Positions 30,997 to 40,608 of a stretch of DNA of 64,000 nt are shown here, piece by piece. Under the pieces are notes generated by a model. That model was not told the DNA's origin, did not search any database, and saw only the letters and a program-made list of their open reading frames with translations. Location of the stretch: contig CAZGQR010000003.1 of assembly GCA_964527765.1 (NCBI GenBank), positions 75,366 through 139,365 on the forward strand, in the 5' to 3' direction. Position 1 is the first letter of the stretch; each line of letters opens with the position of its first letter. Both the position numbers and the translations under genes were made by a program. This DNA is from an uncultured Planctomycetia bacterium. GTDB taxonomy: Bacteria > Omnitrophota > Gorgyraeia > Tantalellales > Tantalellaceae.

Positions 30997-32280
30997 ATGA
31001 AAATTTTGATAAAAAACGGAAGGATCATAGACCCGTCTCAAGGAATTGATAAGACAGGGGACATATTGGTCGAGAACGGGAAGATCGCACAGGCCGGCGG
31101 GTCCATAAAGGACAAAAACGCTAAAACGATTTTAGCCAAAGACAAGATCGTAGCTCCCGGTTTTGTGGACATGCATACCCATTTGAGGGAGCCCGGCCGG
31201 GAGGAAGTCGAGACGATAGAAACGGCCCTGAGCGCGGCGGTCAGCGGCGGTTTTACGACGGTCAGCGCCATGCCGAATACGGAACCCCCCTGCGACAGCC
31301 AGGCCCATGTGAAGTTTCTGCTTGAGAGGGCGGCTGAGGTCAAGCTGGCAAATATATTACCGGTAGGGACGATCACCAAGAACAGGGAAGGCCTCGAGAT
31401 GTCCGAGATGGGGGAATTAAGACAGGCAGGATGCCTTGCGGTTTCGGATGACGGGGATCCCGTGGCCGATCCGGGGCTTATGAGGATAGCCATGGAATAT
31501 GCGTCCATGGTCGATCTCCTCGTGATATCCCACTGCGAGGATAAGGCCCTTTCTGCCGAAGGCGTCATGCACGAGGGATACTGGTCAACGGTCCTTGGGC
31601 TGAAGCCCATACCGGCAGAGGCGGAGAGCACGATAGTCGAACGCGATATCCGTCTTGCGGGATTGGCCGGGGCCAGGCTGCACATCGCCCATGTCTCCAC
31701 GGCCGAGAGCGTGGAAATCATAAAAAACGCCAAGAAAGAAGGCGTGAAGGTAACCGCGGAAGTTACGCCGCATCATTTCACGCTCAGCGATGAAGCCCTT
31801 AAGACATTCGATACCAACATGAAGGTTTCGCCTCCGCTGCGGTCCGCAAAAGACGTACAGGCCTTAAAGGAGGGGATCAGAGACGGAACGATCGATGTCA
31901 TAGCCACGGATCATGCCCCGCACCTGGCGAACGAGAAAGAAAAGGAATTCGACTACGCGCCTTTCGGGATGATCGGCCTGGAAACGGCGCTCCCGCTGGC
32001 GGTCATGAAACTCGTTGATGAAGGATATCTGGATTGGCCCGGGCTTATCCGGAAACTGTCAACAAGGCCTTCGGAAATATTGAAATACAACAGGGGCTCG
32101 CTGGAAAAGGGAGCCCCTGCCGATATCGTGATAATCGACCCGGCCAAAGAATGGATTTATACCAGGGACAGGATCAGGTCGCGCTCGAGTAATTCTCCGT
32201 TCATCGGCTGGAGGATGAAGTCAGCGGTGACAGATGTCATTGTCGGGGGAAAGATCGTCCTGAAGACGGCGGGAATGTAG
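30997..32280 (+). CDS. pyrC: dihydroorotase
   Basis: Metal-binding DMHTHLREPG, 427 aa. Confidence 0.9.
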   Translation: MKILIKNGRIIDPSQGIDKTGDILVENGKIAQAGGSIKDKNAKTILAKDKIVAPGFVDMHTHLREPGREEVETIETALSAAVSGGFTTVSAMPNTEPPCDSQAHVKFLLERAAEVKLANILPVGTITKNREGLEMSEMGELRQAGCLAVSDDGDPVADPGLMRIAMEYASMVDLLVISHCEDKALSAEGVMHEGYWSTVLGLKPIPAEAESTIVERDIRLAGLAGARLHIAHVSTAESVEIIKNAKKEGVKVTAEVTPHHFTLSDEALKTFDTNMKVSPPLRSAKDVQALKEGIRDGTIDVIATDHAPHLANEKEKEFDYAPFGMIGLETALPLAVMKLVDEGYLDWPGLIRKLSTRPSEILKYNRGSLEKGAPADIVIIDPAKEWIYTRDRIRSRSSNSPFIGWRMKSAVTDVIVGGKIVLKTAGM

Positions 32281-32297
32281 TTTGGCTGCGGGCTGAC

Positions 32298-32765
32298 ATG
32301 CATAAAGAGAGATTCATAGTTACCAAGGAGCTCGGGAAGCTGGCAAAGTGGCTGCGGATACTGGGGTATGACAGCGTGTATTATGACGGGAAAGAGACCG
32401 CCGGGCTTGTGATACAGGCGCTGAGGGACAAGAGGGTCCTCATCACGCGCAGTTCCGCGCTGACAAAATATACGGGGGTGCAGGTAGTGGTCGTAAGATC
32501 TGACCATGTGGAAGAACAGCTGGAGCAGGTCACGCGCGAACTCGGCCTGCTGCTGGATGAAGAGCTCCTGTTCCAGCGGTGCGTCGAATGCAATGCCCCG
32601 CTGGAAGATATCAGCAAAAAAAAGGTCGAAGGAAAGGTGCCGGAATATGTATTTGAGACGCAGGAGCGCTTCAAGCGGTGCCCGCAGTGCGACAAAGTAT
32701 TCTGGAAAGGGACACATTGGGACATGGTGAAAAAATGGCTGGCAAAAAAGCGTCAAAAAAAGTAA
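32298..32765 (+). CDS. Mut7-C RNase-domain protein (PIN-like nuclease plus zinc ribbon, DUF82)
   Basis: LGKLAKWLRILGYDSVY matches the Mut7-C signature. C-terminal CxxC...CxxC (CVECNAPL...CPQCDKVF). Confidence 0.7.
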   Translation: MHKERFIVTKELGKLAKWLRILGYDSVYYDGKETAGLVIQALRDKRVLITRSSALTKYTGVQVVVVRSDHVEEQLEQVTRELGLLLDEELLFQRCVECNAPLEDISKKKVEGKVPEYVFETQERFKRCPQCDKVFWKGTHWDMVKKWLAKKRQKK

Positions 32766-33547
32766 TAAAAGCGAAAATATGCCTCAATAAAAGCATCGCC
32801 CCGGATTATTTTGTGATGCGGATCGAATCGGGATGGCTGGCCCGAAACTCTTCTCCCGGCCAGTTCGTCACGGTCAAGATCCAGGAAAATGTGAAGGACC
32901 CCCTGCTCAGGATCCCTCTTGGCGTGCACGCGATCCGCGGAAAGGGGATCGACCTGCTGTACAAAGTCGTCGGGCCCGGGACCCGCTGCTTGAGCTCAAG
33001 GAACAAGGGCGAGAAGATCGATGTGCTGGGGCCGTTGGGAAACGGATTCGATCTTGCCCCGCTTGCACGCGGGCAAGACCCCAGGGTTGTCGTGGTCGCA
33101 GGCGGGCACGGCATCGCGCCGCTTTATGCTCTGGCCGAAGCCATTACGACAAAACGGAAAAAAGTAGATTTTTTCAACGGCGTATATACCAGAAAAAATA
33201 TCGTCTGCTCAAAAGAACTTAAGAAGCTCGGCGCAAGAGTTCGTATAGCGACAGAAGACGGGACGCAGGGGCACAAGGGATACGTGACGGATCTTCTGGA
33301 GAAGAAACTTAAAGCCGGCGCGTATGACCCGAAGAACACGGTCATATATGCCTGCGGCCCCAGGCCGATGCTTGCCGCTCTTGCAAAAATAGCCGAACGT
33401 TTCGGGGTGCCTGCCCAGGTCTCGCTTGATGCATACATGGCTTGCGGGATCGGCGCCTGCCTCGGCTGCTCTGTCATGACGACAGACGGGTATCGGCTCG
33501 TGTGCAAGGACGGCCCCGTGTTTGACGCCCGGGAGATCGTATGGTAA
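32735..33547 (+). CDS. pyrK: dihydroorotate dehydrogenase electron-transfer subunit
   Basis: Start at MAGKKASKK aligns with the PyrK N-terminus. FAD/NAD-binding fold and a C-terminal 2Fe-2S Cys cluster (CGIGACLGC). Overlaps the Mut7-C gene by 31 nt. Confidence 0.8.
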   Translation: MAGKKASKKVIKAKICLNKSIAPDYFVMRIESGWLARNSSPGQFVTVKIQENVKDPLLRIPLGVHAIRGKGIDLLYKVVGPGTRCLSSRNKGEKIDVLGPLGNGFDLAPLARGQDPRVVVVAGGHGIAPLYALAEAITTKRKKVDFFNGVYTRKNIVCSKELKKLGARVRIATEDGTQGHKGYVTDLLEKKLKAGAYDPKNTVIYACGPRPMLAALAKIAERFGVPAQVSLDAYMACGIGACLGCSVMTTDGYRLVCKDGPVFDAREIVW

Positions 33548-33581
33548 AACATTATAACATAGGCGGGACAGGTCTGAAAAT

Positions 33582-34499
33582 ATGGACTTACAGGTAACAA
33601 TAGGGAAAATAAGGTTCAAGAACCCGATATGGGTGGCTTCGGGGACCTTTGGGTACGGAGAAGAGTTCCTGGATTTTGTTGACCTCGATAATATAGGCGC
33701 GATAGTCACAAAGACCCTGACGCCGGAGGCGCGGGAAGGCAACCCCCCGCCCAGGCTCGTGGAAACGCCCTCGGGGCTGCTTAACTCCATAGGGCTTGAG
33801 AATGAAGGCGTCGATCATTTTAAAGCGGAGCATTACCCATTCCTGAAAAAACTTAAGACAAGAATAATAGTAAGCATCGGGGGCCTGAGAAAAGAAGAAT
33901 TCGAAAGATGCGCGGAAAAACTTTCCGCGGAGGACCCTCCGGACGCTATTGAGATCAATCTTTCCTGTCCAAATGTCACCCATGCCGGGACGCGGCACGC
34001 CTATATATCCCAGGATCCCCGCGCAACGGAGAGAATAGTTTCAGCCTGCCGGAGGAAGGCCGGGTGCGCCGTCATAGCAAAACTTACGCCGGATGTAACG
34101 GATATCGCTGTCATAGCCGGGGCGGCAGAGGCCGGCGGCGCCGATGCCGTGTCCTTGATCAATACCTGCCCGGGGATAGCGGTGGATGCGGAAGAAATGA
34201 AGCCGGTACTCGGCAACATTGTCGGGGGCCTGAGCGGGCCGGCGATAAAGCCGATCGCCCTGAAAGCGGTCCGGGATGTGTACGGGAAGGTAAAGATCCC
34301 GGTGATAGGAATAGGCGGCGTGATGACGGGTATTGACGTTGCAGAGTTCATGTTGTGCGGTGCCTGTGCGGTACAGGTGGGAACGGCGAACCTTGCGGAC
34401 CCCGTCGCGTATGACAGGATCCTTGGAGAGTTCGAGACATATCTGAGACAAAAGAAAATAGAGAAAGCAAGCTCGCTGGTGGGCAGACTCAAAACTTAG
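33582..34499 (+). CDS. pyrD: dihydroorotate dehydrogenase catalytic subunit (class 1B)
   Basis: TIM-barrel DHODH motifs (NLSCPN, GIGGV). Confidence 0.9.
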   Translation: MDLQVTIGKIRFKNPIWVASGTFGYGEEFLDFVDLDNIGAIVTKTLTPEAREGNPPPRLVETPSGLLNSIGLENEGVDHFKAEHYPFLKKLKTRIIVSIGGLRKEEFERCAEKLSAEDPPDAIEINLSCPNVTHAGTRHAYISQDPRATERIVSACRRKAGCAVIAKLTPDVTDIAVIAGAAEAGGADAVSLINTCPGIAVDAEEMKPVLGNIVGGLSGPAIKPIALKAVRDVYGKVKIPVIGIGGVMTGIDVAEFMLCGACAVQVGTANLADPVAYDRILGEFETYLRQKKIEKASSLVGRLKT

Positions 34500-34526
34500 A
34501 ATCTTTGACTTGCAGGCGGGAGGAAT

Positions 34527-35228
34527 ATGGCGGCGAAAGAAAAACTAATAGTGGCATTGGACGCGGAAAGCCCGGGCCAGGCCCTCAAGCTTATAGACAT
34601 TCTCTCCGATGAGGTCGAGATCTTCAAGGTAGGGATCGCACCGTTTACCGGGTTTGGGCAGAAAGTGCTGGAAAAGCTGCATTCGGCCGGGAAGAAAGTT
34701 TTTCTGGACCTTAAGTTCCATGATATCCCAAATACGGTCGCCGGCGCGGCGCGGGCCGCCGCGGAGAAAGGCGTGTTCATGATGAATTTTCACTGTCTTG
34801 GAGGCCGCAGCATGCTGGAAGCGGCGGCGAAAGGCGCAAGGGAAGCGAAAAGCGGGGGAAAGCCGATCCTGCTGGGCGTCACGATACTCACCAGCATGAA
34901 CAATGAGGATATGCGCTCCATAGGGATCGCGGGAGATCTGCAGGAGAAAGTGATCGAACTCGCCCGGCTTGCCGCTGACAGCGGGCTTGACGGCGTGGTA
35001 GCTTCGGCGAAGGAAGCTCGCGCCATCAAGGAGAAAATAGGAAAAGATTTTCTGGTCGTGACCCCGGGGGTCCGCCCGGAGTGGGCCGCCCGGGGCGATC
35101 AAAAAAGGATACTGACCCCGAAACAGGCGATGTCCGAAGGGGCGGACTATATCGTTGTCGGCAGGCCGATAATCCAGGCGGAGGATCCGGCTGCCGCGGC
35201 GAAAAAAATAATAGAGGAAATGGGTTAA
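34527..35228 (+). CDS. pyrF: orotidine-5'-phosphate decarboxylase
   Basis: LIVALD...DLKFHDIPNT motifs. Confidence 0.9.
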   Translation: MAAKEKLIVALDAESPGQALKLIDILSDEVEIFKVGIAPFTGFGQKVLEKLHSAGKKVFLDLKFHDIPNTVAGAARAAAEKGVFMMNFHCLGGRSMLEAAAKGAREAKSGGKPILLGVTILTSMNNEDMRSIGIAGDLQEKVIELARLAADSGLDGVVASAKEARAIKEKIGKDFLVVTPGVRPEWAARGDQKRILTPKQAMSEGADYIVVGRPIIQAEDPAAAAKKIIEEMG

Positions 35229-35265
35229 GGTATTAGTAAGGTCGCTTGTTAAAGGAGACGCGATT

Positions 35266-35841
35266 ATGCAAGAGATGGAAATAATGGATATTTTTACCAA
35301 GACGGGAGCTTACCAGCAGGGGCACTTTTTGCTGTCCAGCGGGTTACATTCGGGAGCGTATCTGCAATGCGCGCTGGTCCTGCAGGACCCGATCCTTGCT
35401 GCGAGACTATGCGGCGTCCTGGCGGCAAAATTCCGGACGGATGAACCCGATATCGTGATCGGACCGGCCATGGGCGGCATAGTCCTGGCCTATGAACTGG
35501 CCAGGAACTTGAATGCCCGGGCGATCTTTGCGGAAAGGGACAAAGAGGGGAAGATGGCGCTTCGCAGAGGGTTCAGGATCGTGCCGGGAAGCAAAGTGCT
35601 GGTCGCTGAAGACGTGCTTACGACCGGAGGCTCGGTCAAAGAGGTAGTATCCCTTATAGAGAAAGACGGCATAGCCCCGATAGGAATAGCATGCCTGGTG
35701 GACAGGAGCGCGAAGAAAATCGATTTTGGTGGAATAAAGCACGAAAGCCTGATAAAATTGGATATTCCCACTTTCACCAAAGAAACATGCCCTCTTTGCC
35801 AGGAAGGCATACCTGTCGTGAAGCCGGGATCCAGGGGCTGA
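35266..35841 (+). CDS. pyrE: orotate phosphoribosyltransferase
   Basis: PRPP-binding VLVAEDVLTTGGS. Confidence 0.9.
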   Translation: MQEMEIMDIFTKTGAYQQGHFLLSSGLHSGAYLQCALVLQDPILAARLCGVLAAKFRTDEPDIVIGPAMGGIVLAYELARNLNARAIFAERDKEGKMALRRGFRIVPGSKVLVAEDVLTTGGSVKEVVSLIEKDGIAPIGIACLVDRSAKKIDFGGIKHESLIKLDIPTFTKETCPLCQEGIPVVKPGSRG

Positions 35842-35856
35842 CAAAAGGAGAAGATC

Positions 35857-36474
35857 ATGGAAATGGAACTGAAAAGCATAATCGAAAAAATAAAAGAGGA
35901 AGGCGTCGAGGAAGGGCAGAAAAAAGCCACCGATATAATCGGCCAGGCCGAAAATAAGGCCAAGGAAACCATAGAAGCGGCCGAAAAGGAAAAGGAAGAT
36001 ACAGTAAAGAATGCCGCAAAAGAGGCCGAGAGGCTGCGGAAGAACGGGGAAGAAGCCTTGCGCCAGGCCTCGCGCGATGTTTTGCTTGGGCTGAAAGAAG
36101 AGATCACCGCGCTTTTTGACAGCGTGATAAAAGAGGAGGTGGCGAAGCAGCTCTCGCCGGAGGTTCTTAAAGATATGATAATTACCCTTGTGCAGAAGTT
36201 CAAAAGGGACGAAGAACCTGATATAGAGATCCTGCTGAGCGACAAGGATAAAAAAGCCCTGGAAAAGGTCCTTTTGGCCAGGTTCAAGGAAAAGATGGCA
36301 AAAGGCGTGACCTTAAAGGCGTCTCCCAAAGTGGAAAAGGGATTCCTGATGGGAGGCAAAGGAAAAGGGGCTTATTACGACTTCACGGACGAAGCGATAG
36401 CAGAAGTGTTTAAAGCGTTTCTGAACCCCAAAATAGCGGATCTCTTAAATCCCGGAAAAAAAGATGTCAAATAA
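35857..36474 (+). CDS. V-type ATP synthase subunit E
   Basis: Lys/Glu-rich coiled-coil N-terminus and a C-terminal globular part. First gene of the V-ATPase cluster. Confidence 0.7.
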   Translation: MEMELKSIIEKIKEEGVEEGQKKATDIIGQAENKAKETIEAAEKEKEDTVKNAAKEAERLRKNGEEALRQASRDVLLGLKEEITALFDSVIKEEVAKQLSPEVLKDMIITLVQKFKRDEEPDIEILLSDKDKKALEKVLLARFKEKMAKGVTLKASPKVEKGFLMGGKGKGAYYDFTDEAIAEVFKAFLNPKIADLLNPGKKDVK

Positions 36475-36967
36475 GTATTATTATCTTGGGGCGTCGCTCC
36501 CGTACGTCAGTTTCGGGGACGACCCTCCTTTCAGCAGGGAAGGGTTTATCGCGGAATGCGAAAAGTGGCTCTCGCCGGCCGACATGCAAGCGCTGCTCTC
36601 GGCGGACCTGCACTGCCGGGAGGAAAAATGCGAGGGCATTCCGCTCTTAAGAAGATGGAAGAGCTTTGACGCGGCCTTGAAGGCGGAGCTGGCGCGTATC
36701 AGGGCGGCGGCAAAAAAGGGCGAAGGATACAAGACCTCCGACATACTTAAGAACATCATGGGCAAGGAGACCCCTCTTCTCATGGAACGGGCTTTGGAAA
36801 AACTCAGGTGGATATTCATCGAAGAATGCAGCAAACAATATTTTTACGATATAAACGCGCTGGCCTCCTATTTTTTAAAGGTGCAGATCCTTGAAAGGCT
36901 GGCAACATTCAACAAAGACGAAGGCGAAAAATTCTTTTACAGTTTGTGCGAGGTAAAATATGAGTAA
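36464..36967 (+). CDS. DUF2764-like protein conserved between V-ATPase E and A in chlamydial and spirochaetal operons
   Basis: 167 aa. Its position matches the uncharacterised ORF between atpE and atpA in those operons. Overlaps both neighbours. Confidence 0.5.
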   Translation: MSNKYYYLGASLPYVSFGDDPPFSREGFIAECEKWLSPADMQALLSADLHCREEKCEGIPLLRRWKSFDAALKAELARIRAAAKKGEGYKTSDILKNIMGKETPLLMERALEKLRWIFIEECSKQYFYDINALASYFLKVQILERLATFNKDEGEKFFYSLCEVKYE

Positions 36968-38690
36968 ACAGTTGGGCAGAATAGCGGGCATTAACGGGAA
37001 CATGATAACGGTGAAATTCCCGAGCGATATCATCCAGAACGAGGTCGCGTACGTGCTGAGCCGGGGGAAAAGGCTGAAGGCTGAAGTCGTGAAGATCAGA
37101 GGCAATGACGCGTTCCTCCAGGTGTTCGAATACACGAAAGGCATAAAGGTCGGGGACGAAGTCGAATTTTCGGGAAAGATGCTTTCGGTGCAGCTGGGGC
37201 CGGGGCTCCTGACCCAGATCTATGACGGATTACAGAACCCGCTTCCGGAACTTGCCGAAAAATTCGGTTTTTTCCTGCCGGTGGGAGAAGAGCTTAACGC
37301 TCTTTCGTCCGAGAAGGAATGGAAATTTACCCCGATCGCCAAAAAGGGAGACAAGGTCACGAGAGGCTGTTTTCTCGGGGAAGTGCCGGAGGGGATCTTC
37401 AAGCATAAGATAATGGTGCCTTTCGATCTGCGGGAAGAGTATACGGTCGAGAAAATGGCGCCCCCGGGGGATTATACGATAGACAAGAAAATCGCGGAGC
37501 TGAAGGACTCGAAAGGAAACGCGATCGACGTGACCATGACATTCGACTGGCCGGTAAAAATACCCGTAAGGGCGTATGAAGATAAGATACAGCCCAAAGG
37601 TTCCCTTATAACGAAGGTCAGGATCATCGATACGCTCTTTCCGGTTGCCAGGGGCGGGACATACTGCATCCCCGGGCCCTTCGGTGCGGGCAAGACCGTG
37701 CTTCAGCAGCTGACCAGCCGTTATGCGGACGTCGACATCGTTATCATAGCGGCCTGCGGGGAAAGAGCCGGTGAAGTAGTCGAAACATTGAAAAATTTCC
37801 CCAAGCTTACGGATCCGCGGACGGGCAGATCCCTGATGGAAAGGACCGTAATTATCTGCAACACCTCCTCGATGCCGGTAGCCGCGAGAGAATCTTCCGT
37901 ATATACCGCCTCCGCGCTGGGGGAATATTACCGGCAGATGGGGCTCAACGTGCTGCTTCTGGCCGATTCGACTTCACGCTGGGCTCAGGCGATGAGGGAG
38001 ATCTCCGGAAGGCTTGAGGAGATCCCCGGCGAGGAAGCATATCCGGCTTATCTGGAATCCCGCATAGCCAGTTTTTATGAAAGGGCCGGCCTGGTGAAGC
38101 TTCATAACGGGGGGCTGGGAAGTCTTACCATAGGGGGCACGGTAAGCCCGGCGGGGGGCAATTTTGAAGAGCCGGTCACGCAGGGGACCCTTAAGGTCGT
38201 GGGGGCCTTTCACGGCCTGTCCCGGGAAAGGGCCGAAGCAAGAAAATATCCTTCGGTCGATCCTCTCGCGAGCTGGAGCAAGTACAAAAGCATCATACCG
38301 CAGGATCAGATCGATACGGCAAGGGAAGTGCTGTTCAAGGGCGAGCAGGTCAGCCAGATGATGAAAGTCGTGGGAGAGGAAGGGACGTCCCTGGAAGACT
38401 TCGTCGTCTATCTCAAGAGCGAATTCCTTGATAACGTGTATCTCCAGCAGAACGGTTTTGACGAGGTAGATGCCTCCACATCGGCCGACCGGCAGAAATA
38501 CGTTTTTGCGAAAGTGATCGGGGTGCTGAGACGCGAGTTTCCGTTTAAGGACAAGGGGCAGGCAAGGGATTTCTTCTACAATCTGCGGCACAAGTTCATA
38601 GACTGGAATTATAAGCAGTGGGGATCCGACGAGTTTAAGGATCAGGAAAAGGAAATAAACGATTTACTGGAAGGTGAGAAACAGCCATGA
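36960..38690 (+). CDS. V-type ATP synthase catalytic subunit A
   Basis: Walker A GPFGAGKT plus the V-type non-homologous region. 576 aa. Confidence 0.9.
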   Translation: MSKQLGRIAGINGNMITVKFPSDIIQNEVAYVLSRGKRLKAEVVKIRGNDAFLQVFEYTKGIKVGDEVEFSGKMLSVQLGPGLLTQIYDGLQNPLPELAEKFGFFLPVGEELNALSSEKEWKFTPIAKKGDKVTRGCFLGEVPEGIFKHKIMVPFDLREEYTVEKMAPPGDYTIDKKIAELKDSKGNAIDVTMTFDWPVKIPVRAYEDKIQPKGSLITKVRIIDTLFPVARGGTYCIPGPFGAGKTVLQQLTSRYADVDIVIIAACGERAGEVVETLKNFPKLTDPRTGRSLMERTVIICNTSSMPVAARESSVYTASALGEYYRQMGLNVLLLADSTSRWAQAMREISGRLEEIPGEEAYPAYLESRIASFYERAGLVKLHNGGLGSLTIGGTVSPAGGNFEEPVTQGTLKVVGAFHGLSRERAEARKYPSVDPLASWSKYKSIIPQDQIDTAREVLFKGEQVSQMMKVVGEEGTSLEDFVVYLKSEFLDNVYLQQNGFDEVDASTSADRQKYVFAKVIGVLRREFPFKDKGQARDFFYNLRHKFIDWNYKQWGSDEFKDQEKEINDLLEGEKQP

Positions 38691-39979
38691 GGAAAGTTTG
38701 TACCAGGATATTGAATATCGCGGGAAACGTCGTGACCGTCAAAACGGACGGCGTGGCGAACGAAGAACTTGCGGACATTTCGACTTCAAGAGGAACCTCG
38801 TTCGCCCAGGTAATACGCCTTGACGGGGATATGGTCCATCTTCAGGTATTCGCCGGCGCGGGAGGCGTGTCCACGGGGGACGAGGTGCGGTTCCTCGGAC
38901 ACCCGATGCAGGTGGGGTTTTCCGACAATATGCTGGGGAGGATATTCAACGGAAGCGGCGAACCCAGGGATAACGGCCCGGCGATCACGGAAAACATGAT
39001 AGAGATAGCCGGCCCTGCCGCGAATCCGGCGAAGAGAATAATCCCCAAGAGAATGGTCAGGACAAATGTCCCGATGATAGACCTGTTCAATTCGCTGGTC
39101 GAATCCCAGAAGCTCCCGATATTTTCCGTTTCCGGCGAACCCTATAACGAGCTTCTGGCCAGGATAGCCCTTCAGGCCGAGGTGGATATCATCATCCTGG
39201 GGGGCATCGGGCTAAAGTATGACCAGTACATGTACTTTAAGGATACCCTTGAAGAGGGCGGGGCCTTAAGCAGGACGATATTTTTCATACATACGGCGGC
39301 AGACCCGACGGTCGAGGGGCTCATGATCCCGGACCTCGCCCTGGCGGTGGCCGAGAAGTTCGCTCTCGGGGGGAAAAGAGTCCTGGCGCTTCTTACGGAT
39401 ATGACGAATTTCGCCGATGCCTTGAAAGAAATAGCCATAACAATGGAACAAGTTCCCTCTAACAGGGGATATCCGGGCGATCTTTACAGCCAGCTTGCCT
39501 CGAGGTACGAAAAAGCGGTCGATTTTGAAGGAGCCGGGTCCATAACGATCCTGGCTGTCACCACCATGCCGGGGGACGATATCACCCATCCCATTCCCGA
39601 CAATACCGGTTATATCACCGAAGGACAATTTTATCTCAGGAACGGCAGGATAGAACCGTTCGGTTCCCTGAGCAGGCTCAAGCAGCAGGTCAACAAGGAT
39701 ACGCGGGAAGACCACAGGGCCGTCATGGACAACATGATACAGCTCTATGCGAAATACGGCGAAACGGAAGAGAAAAGGTCCATGGGGTTCAGGATGAGCG
39801 ATTGGGATAAAAAACTCCTGAAGTACGGCGATCTTTTTGAGAGCCAGATGATGGACCTGAAGGTGAACGTTCCCCTGGAAGAGGCGCTTGACAACGGCTG
39901 GAGGATCCTGGCGGAATGCTTTAAGCCCGAAGAAACCAATTTCCGGACGGAACTTATAGAGAAGTTCTGGCCGAAATAA
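38687..39979 (+). CDS. V-type ATP synthase subunit B
   Basis: 430 aa, A/B-family fold without a functional P-loop. Confidence 0.9.
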   Translation: MRKVCTRILNIAGNVVTVKTDGVANEELADISTSRGTSFAQVIRLDGDMVHLQVFAGAGGVSTGDEVRFLGHPMQVGFSDNMLGRIFNGSGEPRDNGPAITENMIEIAGPAANPAKRIIPKRMVRTNVPMIDLFNSLVESQKLPIFSVSGEPYNELLARIALQAEVDIIILGGIGLKYDQYMYFKDTLEEGGALSRTIFFIHTAADPTVEGLMIPDLALAVAEKFALGGKRVLALLTDMTNFADALKEIAITMEQVPSNRGYPGDLYSQLASRYEKAVDFEGAGSITILAVTTMPGDDITHPIPDNTGYITEGQFYLRNGRIEPFGSLSRLKQQVNKDTREDHRAVMDNMIQLYAKYGETEEKRSMGFRMSDWDKKLLKYGDLFESQMMDLKVNVPLEEALDNGWRILAECFKPEETNFRTELIEKFWPK

Positions 39980-39993
39980 GACCGGCAAACCAT

Positions 39994-40608
39994 ATGGCAA
40001 AGATAAGACTGACCAAGAATGAGCTGAAAAAACAGAAAGACGCGCTGAAAAGGTACCGGCAGTATCTTCCCACCCTGATCCTGAAAAAACAACAGTTGCA
40101 GATGGAGATACTCAAACTGCACCATGCCATGGAAGACATAAAAAAAGAGAAAGCGTATGTCAAGGCTCAGACATATGAGTGGGCGGATGTTTTTACCGAG
40201 AAAGTGGGCATAGAAAAATTGGTCAGCCTGAAAGAGATCGTGACTACCACGGGGAACATTGCCGGCATCGATATACCCGTCTTCGATAAAGTGATCTTCG
40301 ACGAAAAAGAGTACGACTTTATCACTATGCCGCTGTGGATCGATTATGGCATAGAAGCGCTGAAGCGGGTCATGACGCTGAACGCGAAAATGGAAGTTCT
40401 GGAAAAACAGGATGCCCTTGTAAGGGAAGAGCTGAGGATCACGACCCAGAGAGTGAACCTTTTTGAAAAAGTGATGATCCCCGAAGCGCGCGAGAACATA
40501 AGAAAGATACAGATATATCTGGGCGATCAGGACACGGCGGCCGTTGTGACGGGGAAGATCGCCAAGGAGAAGATACAGAAAAAAGCGCAGGTGCAGGTGG
40601 GCGCATGA
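39994..40608 (+). CDS. V-type ATP synthase subunit D
   Basis: 204 aa coiled-coil central stalk. Confidence 0.8.
   Translation: MAKIRLTKNELKKQKDALKRYRQYLPTLILKKQQLQMEILKLHHAMEDIKKEKAYVKAQTYEWADVFTEKVGIEKLVSLKEIVTTTGNIAGIDIPVFDKVIFDEKEYDFITMPLWIDYGIEALKRVMTLNAKMEVLEKQDALVREELRITTQRVNLFEKVMIPEARENIRKIQIYLGDQDTAAVVTGKIAKEKIQKKAQVQVGA

Noticed and set aside
35490-36359. 289-aa minus-strand ORF
   Set aside because: Antisense to pyrE/V-ATPase E. Ser-rich low-complexity sequence.
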